NCBI GenBank assembly: GCA_051362555.1
Contig: CM120642.1
Location: forward strand, 32,612,001-32,676,000
Length of the DNA stretch: 64,000 nt
Reading direction: 5' to 3'
DNA from: Lingula anatina
Taxonomy: Eukaryota > Animalia > Brachiopoda
Positions 39,656 through 54,700 of the stretch are shown here, in pieces; position 1 is the first letter of the stretch, and each line of letters opens with the position of its first letter. The position numbers and the translations under genes were made by a program. The notes under the pieces were generated by a model. That model was not told where the DNA came from and did no database searches. It saw only the letters and a list, made by a program, of their open reading frames with translations.

Positions 39656-42600
39656 CTATTCTTGGCATATCAAAGGCCCCACTGTATGATAGCCGTCTTC
39701 TCCGCCACCAGTGTCGCCAAATTTAAACATAGATATCGGCAGATAACTTGACTCCGTGATGTATCCTTCGTCTGACCGCCAAACGTTGTCATTTTGGTCG
39801 CAGTTACAATCTGAAAATAGCATTTACGTGTTTATCGCTCCTTTTACATCTCCATAAAATAACAAAAAAAAAAAAACAAGCGAGAAAATGATCATCAACA
39901 AACAGAATACTATATTAAAATGTACATTAATTATGTACGTTAATGTGCTTTATGAAAGTGTTATTACGTGAAACTGGGCCCTTTTATAAATACGACTTAG
40001 ACAAAATGTGAATCTAATATTTAGACAAGCACACGCATATCATCTACTTTTATTTTGTACTTACTATTCGTAGCCACAGAACACGATCCATCTTGTGCGC
40101 ATGCGCAGTTGATAGAGGTGCCGTCTGGATCTCCTCCGCCCCAAAATGGCGCCATTTGTCCATGTCGATCGTACCAGCCCCCGTAGCCGTTTATGAGGGA
40201 ATTGTAGCATTCGTATTTTATATACTGTGAACAGCTTGTTCCGACGTAATCCACGTAAGCCGCCACTTGGTCAGTAGTCGCTGAGGTGAAAAATTACATT
40301 TATTTAAGAGTACTGAATCGAAATACATATTCAGCGATAGACACCTCGCAATTTAAAATATCATTTAAGGAAAAGGGGAAAATTGATATAATCCTGTTGA
40401 TATTAGCAAAATTCAAAGTCAGTTATTTTATTGACCGGTCTGATAATTTGGTCAAATACGTACCAGACCTAGCCACTAAATTCTGAAAGAAATGCCGGTT
40501 TTAAATCTTACGCTTCATTGATAATTGGATTGTATAGATGCTTTGTGAGAATACCAGTGAGTTCAGAAGCAAACTGTTAATCGATTTTTATCTGAAAGGT
40601 TTCGCATGGGTAATATAACTTAACTAACGTACATGTAAAACCAAAACTTAAAAGTATCCAAAGGTTTTTAATCAATTTATAGTGTGGTCTGTGATTATGA
40701 ACAGAGCAAAGTGAACGATACAATAACAAACTGAACAGTACACAACTGGTACGGTACAAGTCTACTTAACTGCATACCTTCAACGATTTTGTAAACTTCA
40801 TTGGCCATCCCCCCGCCCTCTCCGTCACTGTTACAGGCACTTGAAGGTCCATATTTATCATAGGTGTCGCCAGCAGTAGCAGTAGAGGCGCACCAGCCGC
40901 CATCCTGGACAGCAAAATACGTGTAGCCGCGAGACTTGGCCGCTAGGTAACATTTGTATATTGGGTTGCTTCTTGTACTGTAAGCGCCATCTAGATTTGA
41001 GTCCGAACCTTCCAGCGTGGCAATGGCTCTAGGATTAGAATCTGTCCAGCACCCAATGCTATGGTAATCTGTATAAAGGGATTTGAAACTTACATTAACC
41101 TAAATGCCGGATTTTATATTAAATAATGGAATTCTGTGATAGATATGTTGTCAACATGTTTTGCACAGAATACCATTTTAAAATATATTGAGCAGATGAT
41201 TTTCAAATGATATGATAAGCATATTTTTGAAGCACTTTAAATATTAAGAATTCCGTTTTTGAAAACCTCATAATTCTACTCACTTCTGTATGTCACCGAT
41301 ATGGAGTACGAATAAGCTCCATCGTAGCCGCTGACGTGGGTCCTGTCTTCATAATCATGGTGAAAGGTTACAGTGGGTGGTGTCGTTGACATATCACAAT
41401 ACACCTCGAAAGCGGCCACACCTCCACCGCCATCTGGGTCAATCCAATAGAGGCCGCTAGTGCTGTTGAACCGTCTCCATTCTGTGCACGAAGGTAAAGC
41501 TGAAAACAGAAACGTTCATTCTGTAAATATGGCTGGTATTGATTTGTTGTTGTAATGTCATCTTGGTTTTTGGTTATTGTTATTTGGTATTGGGAAATAA
41601 ATAAAAGAGATTAGCAACATAAGAAGATATATTTTTTACTCACAAATTGCACAGCAGTAAATTTTTCAAATGTCCGACAAGCAACATTAAGATAAATTCA
41701 TATAATTTCAAAACTTGCACCACATTAAATATAAAAGTTGTGACATAATAGACGATAGACCAAACACGATAGACGATTTAATTATAAAACCATTACGTAA
41801 TTTGAATTATCTCACCTGGTTCACATTCTAAGGGACCAATAGTGTAGTAGCCATATTCATTGGCATCTCCAGTGTCACCAGCAAGGAATGTTTTAACCGG
41901 AAGTAAGGACTTGTCAGTAAAATACCCCTCATCTGTTCGGACCACGTAGTCGTTCTTGTTACAGTTACAATCAGTCCTGCCATCTAGTGGAAGAGTAGTG
42001 TGTTGTGTATGATATACTTGTGATGGTATTGAGGCAAAGAATAAACAGACTTCGAAACGCATACATGTATTGTCAACAAATGCCTCAGTAATAGAAAACA
42101 TTCTGTATAACGACGTATTTCCATTCCTAAATGTATATTGTTCTGGACAATTAATGAAACACATATGTAGGATAGGAGAAAACAATCTGCGAAATAATAA
42201 AAAATTAAGCTAATTTTAAAACGAATCATAACGGTCAATTGTAAAATGCAACATAAAGGGGTCCATTATACCGGTTAAATTTTAAGAAAACAATAAAAAC
42301 ACGGCCATGGTTCACTCGCTATTTTGACCTTACCAACACAGGTTCCGGCGATTCCACATAAACATTTATTAACGCTATTTCCGCCGGCCCAATAACCGAT
42401 CGTTGTGCCACCTATATGAATGAAATGCAGTGGAATCAAAGTGAAAAAGTAAATTTCTTTTACAATACAGAATTCGGTATTTGGTTTAGCAATTAAGTCA
42501 CACCAAACTTATCAATGATACAGTTATGTTCGAGTATTTATATGTGCTCAAATAAACACTTCACCATCTCTTTCTCTCTCTCTTTCCCTTCTCTCTCTCT

Positions 42601-45600
42601 CTCCGTTCTTACTTCTATCCTGAGCATAGTTGCAGGAACCAACGCCAGACGCTCCACTACATCGGAACTTGGCATACTGGGAGCAGGTGGCCACTGTCTC
42701 TACAAACGGACCCATCTGGTTGGAAACGTCTATGCCGTGATAGGTCAAGGTTTGGCTCCAACTTCCACAGGACTCGTATCCCTATGGCAAATATATCGCT
42801 TTAAAACAGAATCGACTCAACACTTAAATTCTAGGGCCCCATTCAGAATAGGGGATTTACTACAAAGCTTTCCGTCTAATCCGCTAATAGACACTGAATA
42901 GATATCCCGTGGGGAAGTATTCAAGTGGGTCGGCCATATTTGACCCTCGGACTAGTTAGTCCCCTAATCTGAATGGAGCCTAAGAGACTACTTAATCTTG
43001 TTTTGACCGCGAAAGCCAGTGTTTGTCATTGGCAAGATGGTAAAAATGTTGACTGTGGGAATGAATCTTCTTTTTTATATAGCATGTGATTATAGAAAGG
43101 GTAAAACAGTAAGTCAAGGTTTAGCTCCGACTTTCTCAGGACCTGTAGCCCTGAAATGATAAGCCACACATATTCCTCAGCTTTGTGGATGGATTTGTCT
43201 ATATCTATGCTTATATAGAATAACATTAATGACAAGATTTATTTTGTCGCTTTGAATATTATGGTATTAATTTATTTCTTATCGTTTATACCCTAAAATC
43301 CAAACGTAATAATAGCTAACTGACTGAAATTTGACTGGACTCCGTCTCATCTCTACTGTGGTGTATTATTGTCTTCCCAGGTGGCGATGAAGTCATGTTA
43401 CATTCCACCATGAAAGGCCCAACACCATCGTTAGCTCCGTCAGGGTCAATTTCAAAGTAACCGCTGTACCGAAATCCATGCTTGTAATATTCGTAGCAGG
43501 AGCTCAGAATGGCTGAAATATTGCAGCACAAATGTGATTTTTTTATTGAATGCCCATATCATACAAGTACTCTTTAAATTAGGATTCTTTAAACAGGTCA
43601 TTTACGTTTAAAGAATTCAGAAGACACACGTTATAATAAAAAATCTGTTTAATTACAGGTGGACTGTGGAAAGGAGCAGAGCCCACCTCCTTTAAAAAAC
43701 ATTATATTGGAATAAAACATTAGAACTGTACAGCATGAAGGGTGTGGGGGGGGGGGGGGAGAAGTAGTATTGCACAAGAGGAGGAGGGGGCATTCACAGA
43801 GAGAGGGTGCTTACATTTCTCTGGCATTCCTTGTCTCCATCAGTAAAGATGGTCACCATAATATTGATAATATTGCAGGTTACTATGATTGTAATATATG
43901 TAATATTTGAACTTTTCCAGTTTATACTTACATACACATTTGTGGGTTATCCACAAGTATTTCGTTGGTCCTACACACGGATCACCAAACACTCCATTAC
44001 TTGAAGTGACTGAGCAGCTAGTGCGCTGCTGACACAAGTTCTTGACGGCTTTTATAGTAGCTCTCTGATCTGCCCTGCAACCAATACTCTCCACTCCGTA
44101 GAACGCATCTAGAATGTCTATCCAGGTCCCAGTAGGGCAGGACAGAGAGACGGAATGGCCTTCATTGTACTGGCTGGTGTTGGTGTAACCTGTGATATAA
44201 AGTGGCCTGGTTATTTATCATACTTTGCGAATCACTTAAGAATCTCTGTGATTGTCTATAATTTAAATTGTTGAGTGTAAGAGCACCTTTTAATGCCGTA
44301 ATGATAGCACTGTCCAGAGTTGATGACAAAGAGCCCTGTTGGAAATGCCCTACGTTTAAATACAGAAGACGCCATTTTCTGTATGGAAGAGTAGTATTTA
44401 AACAGACAGTTAAGGGAAACCGTTTGTATGTACACTCACCTGTCTCAAAGCCGTATACTTCAAACCTGGCACTCATGTGGCTGTGCCATGTTTGGGGATT
44501 GAACCGTATATATCGGCCCACGGCGGCAGGTTTTATATAGTTACTACGGATGGTACTGTCATCCCAGTTGCCTTGGAATATCTAAAATCAGAGGCATATA
44601 ATTACTATAATCCATATAATTATTGAGATAATCAATGAAATTATGGTTATTTAAAATGGTGTCAACATGATATGTATAACCACGTACACGTGTATGCAAC
44701 ATATACTCAGTATTTTATAGTCCTCTATTCTGCTTGGCTTAACAGTCATGTGTGCCTCCCTAACCAAGAATGCTAGTCCACAAGCCATATATTCAATTGT
44801 ACCCTATCTTCTTTGCCAGAGACATCTTATTAGGCCGTGTTGTATCTTCGTGCTCTTGAATAATACGTATCCAAGATTGTAAAAAGCCTTAAAGAATAAC
44901 GCAAAAGAGAATTTGGAATCGCAATTTTTGTCACAATTGACAATTTACCCAGACATTACATAGTATGCGACGTACATGCACTTATAGATACAAATGTACA
45001 AATTTAAAGTGGTGTTTTTCCACTGGAACATACTATATAAAAGTCACCAGTCCTTTTACCTTACACGAACCATCTGCCTTTGTGTAACAATCAAAATTGG
45101 ACCCGTCATTCGACAACAGCAGCTTGTACGTCCTCACGTACTGATTTGATGACTGGCGTCCCTGTAATTAGTTTCAAATTGTCCACGTTATATCTCTTCG
45201 GATTTCACTAGTTTGGTTTACATAGGTTAATGGTTATATGCCATGTTAAATTTTAAACAGTAGAAAGGCCATAGATTGACAAACAAGTGGAACAGCCAAT
45301 GAAATGGACAAAACAATTGTTACGTGACAGATGACAAACTAGTCCATGCTTTCATTACTTCTAAGCTTGATTATTGCAACAGTCTCTTATATGGTTTAGG
45401 CAAAAATCATCTGAACAAACTTCAATTAATTCAAAATTCTGCAGCTAGGCTGGTAACTAAAATGGGATGGAATAGCCGAGAGCATATAACACCTGTTTTG
45501 ATGGAACTTCACTGGCTTCCAGTAAGAGAGAGAATTTTATTTAAAATTTTATGTGTCATTTTTAAAGCAGTCACTGAGAATAAACCACTTTATATCTCAG

Positions 45601-47552
45601 AACTTATGAAGCAACATCAGCATGGAAGAGTTACCAGGTCTTCAACTTTTAGTCATTTACTTTTAGAACACAGTGTCTTAGAGAAAAAAGCTGGTAAATT
45701 TTACGGTGAAAGGGCATTTATGATATATGCACCCAAAGTTTGGAACACTTTACCCTCTGAAATACGAGCAGCAGGTGACATACACTGTAAAAACAGTGCT
45801 TAGCATTTAAATACATACAACAAACGTTAATCACCTATACGCATTTAGAAATATGTGTAAAAGCTAAGCACGTATAGCTTTTCAAGCATTTCACAGAAGA
45901 AAATGCAAGACACGTTGGCAGTGTTACACGTTTAGCTATGTGCTTAGCTTCACCGGTATATGGATCTATAATAAGTCTATCACAAGCTAAGCACATTGGC
46001 TAAGCACTTCCCCTGCTAAGCGCGTGAGGCTGCTAAACACATGGAGCTGCTATAGGCGTGGAATTCCTAAACGCGTGGAGCTGCTGAACAATACCCTCTA
46101 CCAAGACCGCAGTTCTTGGGGACATTTTTTGCTGAGGCGACATCAGATCAAATTGACTATCTATTTATCTAGAGACATATCTGTGAATATCTGTGAAAAA
46201 TCAATCTGTCGCCCTGGTAGAGGGTAGCTGAACAACAAGTTTAGCTTTTCAAGCTTCTTTCAGAAGAAATAAAAATGTTTAACATTCTTAGAAGTGTCGC
46301 ACTTTTAGCTATGTGATTAGTTTCACCGGTCCCATAAGTTAATTACAAGGCTCAACAATTTGGCTTAACACTTCCCCTTGTAAACGTGTGGAGCTGTTGA
46401 TGGCGTGTACTTCCTTGCAGTAACGCGTGCTTATTTAAAATAGGCTTATTAAAGATGCATACAAAGTCAATTTTTTGCTCAAAAACCAACCAAATACCAG
46501 TATATAGTTTCAAAAAGTATAATTAAGAAAATTGCCAGAAGGCATTGATTAATATTACCCGAAAAATGATATTTGAATGGATTTTTCTGTTAGCTTACTA
46601 TCCTGTATATACATGGGGCAGAAAAGTAGGTCACATAAGTAGGTTAAATTTCTGACCAAAAATTTAAAGAGCAGTCTAAAGCTCTTTTATGGCTGATCGT
46701 GTGATTTATTCAGTTTGTCCCTTTATTTGAGTCGTATAAGAATCTAGTAGAAGTGGTTTATATGTGTTACTGGCAACCCACGCTCCACCAATGCTCGGTT
46801 CATATGTACCTTAAAGTAATAATCCAAATAACAAATAACGTTTTCACGACGTTATCAGATGGTTACATGCTGGTTATGGTATAGAAGAGCATTATGGTAA
46901 CGTTATAGGTGTTTTAATGATGTACAGTAACGTTATAATTTGTAAAAAGATTCGAAGACCGTTTCTACAAAATTTTATGATACATGTAACGTCATTTTGT
47001 GGAGTTTTATCAGCGTGTTTATAACATTCTGGAAAAACATTATATAATGTTTTGAAAACATTTTTTATATAAATAACCAAAACGTGCTGTTTGAACTACA
47101 GTTAGCGGTTAATTCCAAAATGGGCTTGGGGTTAGTCGGCGACTAGAGAGGTGCGAATTGTAGAATATTCGGACTATCGGTACCGAAATAACCAGCATGT
47201 GATGAAAGCTTAAATAAAGTATTATAATGAATACCCCACCATCATCCTGATGTTCTATTGTTCATTACTTCCGGAAAAAATAAATAGATATCAATACCGT
47301 AACGCATTTTATCAAAATATGGAGAAAGGTGTTTTAAAGTAAAAATGATAGTTGTTTCGTGCCTTTAGTGAACTAGTGAATTTTCTTATCCTGCTTTTCA
47401 GAAATACATTCCAATAAACTTCCTCGCAAGGTCAGCTAACACAAGGATGAATAAGTCCAGCTGTAAAGATGATAGTGGGAAGTCAACGATGTTGACAGTT
47501 CACGGTACCCTGTTATAGAAAGAGATAACTATAGCAGTTAAAGGTGACCGTG

Positions 47553-47592
<40 letters not shown>

Positions 47593-48706
47593 CGCGCGCG
47601 TGTGTGTGCGGCCAAAACAGTTGAAACCCAAAAGTTAAACAAATACCCCCTACATTTATAAGCCGTCAAACGCGTCATACTGCTAAACACAAGCGTGTAA
47701 CATGTTAAGGAGCTAAGCATGTTAGGAGCTAAACGCGTCGAAAAAGTGAGACAAAACAGGCGCTTAGAAATGTGTTTAGGAGCTAAACACTGTTTTTACA
47801 GTGTAGATACTTTTAAAAAGCTTTTGAAAACTCGTATTTTTAGAATAGCCTATCAGTAGCTATCATATAGTTAATTTTAGTTTTTAATAAGGTGTACTGT
47901 AATTTTATGATTAATTTTAAATGTTGTCACTTTAGGTTCTTATCATTTTAGAATATGAATAATTGGTTCTTTAAATTAGTTCTTAGTCCTTTAAAATTGT
48001 AATGTGTTCTTATATTAGTATTGTGTTATTTAGCTCTTTTAAGTGAATGTTGTAAGGCGCATTGAGATTTTTAATGGAATGCGCCATAGAAAAATAAATT
48101 ATTATTATTATTATTACATTATGATATACAGGCTATATTTGGTTTTTGGGGGTGTTTTTCGGCGAAAGGAGAGTGCTTTCTCCCGGTGCATATATGTCTA
48201 ATGATATCTATCTTATAATGTAACATACAGGGTAATATCGCCCGGATGTAATATATATCTTTAGTCCAACAGTGTTCAGTTAACATCAAATGAATCTAGT
48301 GTCTTAATTATCTCACCCCTCAGCCCTGCAAGACACTGTTGGACTAAAGATATATGTCATACCGTTGTTGCAACTTTGGTAATATTCATCGTCTTTCCCA
48401 GGTCTATTTGGTACCATTGGTTTGTGTCCATGGTATTGCCACACCATCCATTAGAACTACCAATTCTTCCATAATTGATGGGACAATGACCATGCGTTGT
48501 TGATGCCGAGAGAGAGGAACTGGGTATGAAGTTGCTCTGCATCCCCAGGGGACGCTCTACACCTAGAGAATTAAATAAAGACCATTAAGAGAGCAGTTAC
48601 CGTGTGTTAAAGGTACCGAGAGAGATGAACTGGGCATGAAACTGTTCTGCATCATCAGCGGTTGCACTCAACCTGTGACAGAAAAATATAATTTAGACAT
48701 TAATAA

Positions 48707-48762
<56 letters not shown>

Positions 48763-51700
48763 GGACATTGCAAATTATAAAGATAAGACATAAAAGGAAA
48801 GGAGAGGGAAATAAGACAAAGAAAACCGAGAATTTTTTAAAACAACGTGTGGACAACCTCCGTTATTGTTCAATTCACTAGTTACTTTCACTTTTCATAA
48901 AATGGAAAACTTATTTATCAATACAATGATGGGGTATTATGTAAAGATTCGTTATCAGATTACAAAATACTATTCTCTTTATTTATACGGCTTAAGTGAG
49001 ACGTTTGCCATACAATCCATCGCTGTTGAACTCATATTGCATTGTCAGAAAGATATAAAGAATATTCTACTTCTGTCATTTATTGGACCTATTCCCTAAA
49101 CAATAATGTATAAACTGCAATCAATTAGTGAATACTGATACGAATGTTGATAAGTAATGTACAGTAATATGTTGTATTGGCTTCTACAATCTCACCTTCC
49201 ACCCAGGAGGTACAGACTAATGGCCCCAGTGTTTCAAAACCCATTTCATCACCGCCATCAATATCGTTTATTCTGGTCTGCACAATGGGAAGAATATTCT
49301 TTTCCTGAAGGTACCCGGAATCATTCCTCCATACGGCGTCGTTTTGTGCACAGCTGCAATCGCCTGATATAAATATAGATTGTGCTAATAAATAGGAAAC
49401 ATACAAGATTTTAATATTTTGCCCATCATTACATGTAACTGGGTGACCCCGAAATAGGAAATGCAATTGCGCATCAAAAGAAATGCGTCGTGAACTTAAA
49501 CTCAATTGTGCGTACTATTTAAAGCCGAGGCTCAGGGAAACCATGCAAACAGTTAAACAATATCTCTTCATAACATTGTACGTGAGTTCGTAGATGACGT
49601 AGACTTTCCTGATGGGAAGAAACGATCGTTAGGCCACTCGTATCGCCTGCTGCTTCTAGCACACAGACAGGGAACACGTAATTATGTATTCCATTTGCTT
49701 GTACATTTTAGTGTGGAGGCACTGTTTTATTTGAATTTCACTGTTTTTTCACTTGGCAATACTCATATGCAGCTTGATATTCCAGAAATATCTTATATCA
49801 TCTGTCTATAGTGTTAAGATAGCTGAAACTGGACATGTATCACCACAATCCAAACACATGATAAACCAAATTACGTATACACCACGTGCAATTTATATGG
49901 TTTAGAGAAAAATTTTGCAAGAGTTAAGATAAAATCCTTACCTCGTCCGTTTTCACATGCGGAATATTTCCCACACAGACACCTGGAGACAGGGGATCCT
50001 CCAGGGAAGTAAGCACCCCAATAACTGTATACTCCAGTACGATCAGAATGTTCAGTGCCTGATCCAGGATCTACAATAGAAATTATATTTATCGTTACCA
50101 TATCTAATATCAAGACATCAAAGACAACGTACAAGTTTGGATTTATATTAATCGTAAGAATAATTTAAAAGATTTATGACAACATTTTTGCTAAGATTAC
50201 GCACGTGGTAAAAATATTCCACAGCCAAATTAAAATTTAGAAACCGTTTACATTGTGCTTACTTCCTAGTCCGTGACACTCTATTTGTCGGTATTGGTGA
50301 CAGTGGCCGGACACATTCAGTAAGGCAGTCATCTGGTCCATAGAAGCAGTAGAATACGCCAGATCTCTGTAAGTATAGCCTCCGTGACCAGGCCCAAGTT
50401 GGCTGCTTCGACCTTCAATATCATGGTGGACAATGGTCAGTGGGGGGTCAAAGGTCATGTCACATTCCACCTGGAAAGGGCTCACTCCACCAGGACCGTC
50501 TACATCGATGTCATGGTATCCGCTGCTCAAGCCGTCTTCCTTTAGTCTGTCGCAAGTATAGGCTCCTGTAAAATTCTCGATTACTGTGCATTTGAAGTAT
50601 ACTGTGATGACAGTGTATTGTTGTGGTATAAAAGACTTAGCTTCCGTTCGTCTCCTGCTTATTTCATTCAGAAAAAAGTCCTACTTTACCTTCTCACGCA
50701 TGTGCGCCCTTGAAGGGTTAAGTAATGAATACATTACAACGATCAATCGGAAGTCCAGGATTTAGTGGTTACATGATAAATAGACGTCAGCCATTATAAT
50801 CCTTAAAATATTGACTTTTTGTAAGAATATACAAGGCGGGAAAGATGGCTGATACATCAGTGACCCTGACACACGACATGTTTTAAATACCGAAACAAAA
50901 CATGCAAGTCGTCACATACATGTAGGTATTTGCATTAAGTCCTTATGACAGGTGTGTAGGTCAGGTAGACCAAACTGCAAAACTTAGCTCAGGGCCCCTT
51001 TATAGTAAAACGAATACATCGAAAATATGAGTTGTCAATGGGCCTCATATAGAGAGTGTCAAAATAGTAATTAATATCCGCTTTATTATTTAGTATTTTG
51101 CAAATCTTGATGGACAATACTACTTTGCTTCTTACATCTTCTTTATCCACTATATGTACCTCTATGTTGTAAAAAAAAACATATTCTAAGTTATAACTCT
51201 CCAGCACTTAAAATGTTATAAAATTTTATAATGAAAAATATATTTCAATGAAATACCTCTGCTGAATGTGGTTGCGTCCACAGTGACGGTCTTATTATTG
51301 AGGCCCAGTGGTCTATTGGTCACCGTGGTCAACTTTAAAGTATACGTCAGGCCTGATTGAAGGCCTGGTATGGTTGTAGTGACGTTTTGAAGGTACCCAG
51401 GGTCCACTACGCTGACCACTGTAGAGTAGTTACTGTCTGCGGCGCCCTGGTGCTTGAACTCCAAAGTGACGACCTGAATGAAACCACCGCTAAACCCCGG
51501 TACCCACGTGACCTCCAGGGACGTGGATTGGCTGTCGTTGACGTAGACGAAAGATGGAACATGTGGAGGACCTACATTAATGAACGAAAATTAATGATAG
51601 TGAATCTTATTATATTTTGTTGTTATGTCATATCACAGACAAAACTTGAGCATATCTGTATTTATCTTATATTGTTTGACTTGGACAGGTTTCATCAGGA

Positions 51701-54700
51701 CGTCAACTGATCAATTTGCAATTTTATTTCAATCGGATGTATTAACACATTTCTGAATAGAACAGACTAGATAAAGGGTTTGTAGAGAAGACCTTTCAGT
51801 AAAGTTACAGTGCTAAAATTCTGCGCCCAGTTTAAATCCCGTGTTCAACTTAGAAAACCCTTAACCAAGTTACCGTTTGTAAATAAAGGACGTTTAGCCA
51901 TAACCAATGATGAAATCTCTAAAACAGACGTTTAGATTTATACGTTCCCAGGAGGGTCCTTGATTTTGTTAAGTCTTTCAAGGCTACCAAAGGCTGGTTA
52001 AAATGTCAAAACGCCCTTTAGCTACCCGGTTTTTAAATTACTTTTTACAACACAATTTAGATATCGTTTTCTTAATATGAATTTACAGAATTTATTCACT
52101 GGTTAGCTTATAGGGTGCTTAACACTAGTTAACCCCTCTTTACATGTATAAAACGGGGCACAGTATTTAACAACATAATGTGAAATGTTATTTTGCATAT
52201 TTCCCTCGATGGCCAGTTAAGGTGCTTTCAGAGAAAGAATTTCATAAGAGGTATATGTGCTCCCATTTCCTGCACCGTTTTCACAAAATATCGATGTGCC
52301 TTTTCTAGCTTACAGTACATGATTTGTGTTGTCTGTGTTACTTGCCGTGACTTCATTTCCGTACAGGGCCTGCATCATTTTATGTAACCAGCCTTTACTT
52401 GCGTTATATCATCTTACTTTTGGAATCAAAACTACTAATAACGCTGTAAGCACTAGACGGATATCGGTATTACTCTCTTCAAGTGTTTATAGGACATAAT
52501 AATTAGCCTATACTGGCGTATAATAACGTATTACGCCATTATTATGTCACCATTATTTGCCACGCTGTCCAAGCCCTGACAGAACATCAGTCCCATCACT
52601 CAGCAAATCTGCTGTTCAAATGTCTTTTACACGTATGACATCAGGATTTATAAAATTAGAAATTGATTCCATAAATTCCAGTTCATGTTAAGAAATAGAC
52701 TTAGGAAACGCTCCTATTCGCACCCAAACGATTCTGAAGGAGGTTACCACAACAAAGAAAAATAAGTAATAATATTGTGCTTAGTATTGCAATGCTATAA
52801 ATGTTGACTAATCTTTAATAGTCACCCCCCCCCCACTTCAGCGATTTTTATAGACTGAATTTCAAAAGGTTTACACCAGAATCTGATGGTCTGAACTGGT
52901 GGGTGATGGTCGTAGTCTTTGTTGGTGCCCTAGACTCCCGACAGCGTAAAATGAGGCAGCAGTGGTTGGCGGCAGAGCCGTCAGCATGTGGAAACCTTAT
53001 ATATTTTAAATGCAGTTCAAATTTATTTCAGATGTGTAGTGTAAGAACTTCGTTATACTTAACGATTATTAATTTTTTTCTAAGTCGGCGGCAAATCCAA
53101 GTTGCGGCCAATTTTGCGAATTTTTGAGGAGGGTCTACAGTGACATATAGACTAATAGACTTTAACTTTCAAGTTTAAATAGGTCATGACTGTTCAGACA
53201 GGAAATATGCAATACGCCATCATTTATACCTGTGCGTGTTATTTACCCAATAATGTGAAAAGTTCATATTTTAATTCACAATCGTGACCTATCTTGGCAA
53301 CTAATTGTTGCAGTGAATCAATTGTTTTGCTCGCGTATTGTACACTAAGGATTTCCAATATCGTGGTCTATCAAAAGACCTTTTCATCACACGGTTACAT
53401 AACACGTCAGCGCTAAATCATATCAAACACAATGTCATTTATTATTACTAAACCTAAAATCGAAATGCGATCGAATACCTATGCCTTATTTTAAAATTAT
53501 TGACTAATGGGTAGATATTATACATATGTATTCAATTATCATGGATCGTGTCTTTGGTCGATATTTGTTTGTACAATGATTGATATACCGCTTTGCTTGA
53601 CTGCCCAGTTTCTGTGACACCTCACATTCAACTAAAAAACATTTCAGCGTAAATACACTGTAAAAACAGTGTTTAGCATTTAAACACGTTTCTAAGCGCC
53701 TGTTTTGTCTCATTTTTTCGACGCGTTTTGCCCCTAAGCACGTTAAGCTCCTTAACATGTTACACGCTTTGACGCGTTTGACGCCTATTAAATGCAGGGT
53801 GTATTTGCTTAACTTTTAGATGGTAAGGGTTTCAACTATTTTACTCACACAAACACACCCACACACACGAAGTCACGGTCACCTTTAACTGCTATAGCTA
53901 TCTCTATCTATAACAGGGTACCGTGAACTGTCAACATTGTTGACTTAACACTATCACATGTACAGCGGGACTTATTAGTCATCCTTGTGTTAGCTGATCT
54001 CGTGAGGAAGTTTCTTGGAATATATTTCTGAAAATCAAGTTAGGAAAATTCACTAGTTTACTAAAGACACGAAACAGCTATCACTTTTACTTTAAAACAA
54101 TTTTTTTCATATTTTGATGAAATGCGTTACGGTATTGGTGTCTATTTATTTTTTTCCGGAAGTAATGAACAATAGAACATCAGGATGATGGTGGGGTATT
54201 CACTATAATGGTTTATTGAAGCTTTAATCGCATGCTGGTTATTTGGTAACCATAGTCCGAATATTTAACAAATCGCACCGCTCTAGTCGCCTACTAACCC
54301 CAACCTCAATTTGGAATTAACCGCTAACTGTAGCTCATACAGCACTAAGATCTAATAAACGGATATTTTAGATCTTAGTACAGCATAAGACGTGTTTTGG
54401 TTATTTATAAAAAAGGGTTTTCAAAACATTAAATAATGTTTTTACAGAATGTTATAAAACGCTTATAAAACTGCAGGGGCATCATTTTGCATGGAGTTAA
54501 AAACACCCATAACGTTACCATAACGTTATTCTATACCATCACCATCATGTATCCAGCTGATAACGTCGTGAATTTGTTATTTGGATTATAACTTAATAGG
54601 TCTATTTTAAATAATCACACGTTACTGCAAGGAAGGACACAACGCGTTCGAGCAGGCTGCTCCACGCCTCCAACAGCTCCATAAGATTACAAGGGGAAGT

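Noticed and set aside
45324-45803. 159-aa ORF as a host gene
   Set aside because: It is the C-terminus of a LINE ORF2, and its apparent end is created by the inserted DNA transposon.
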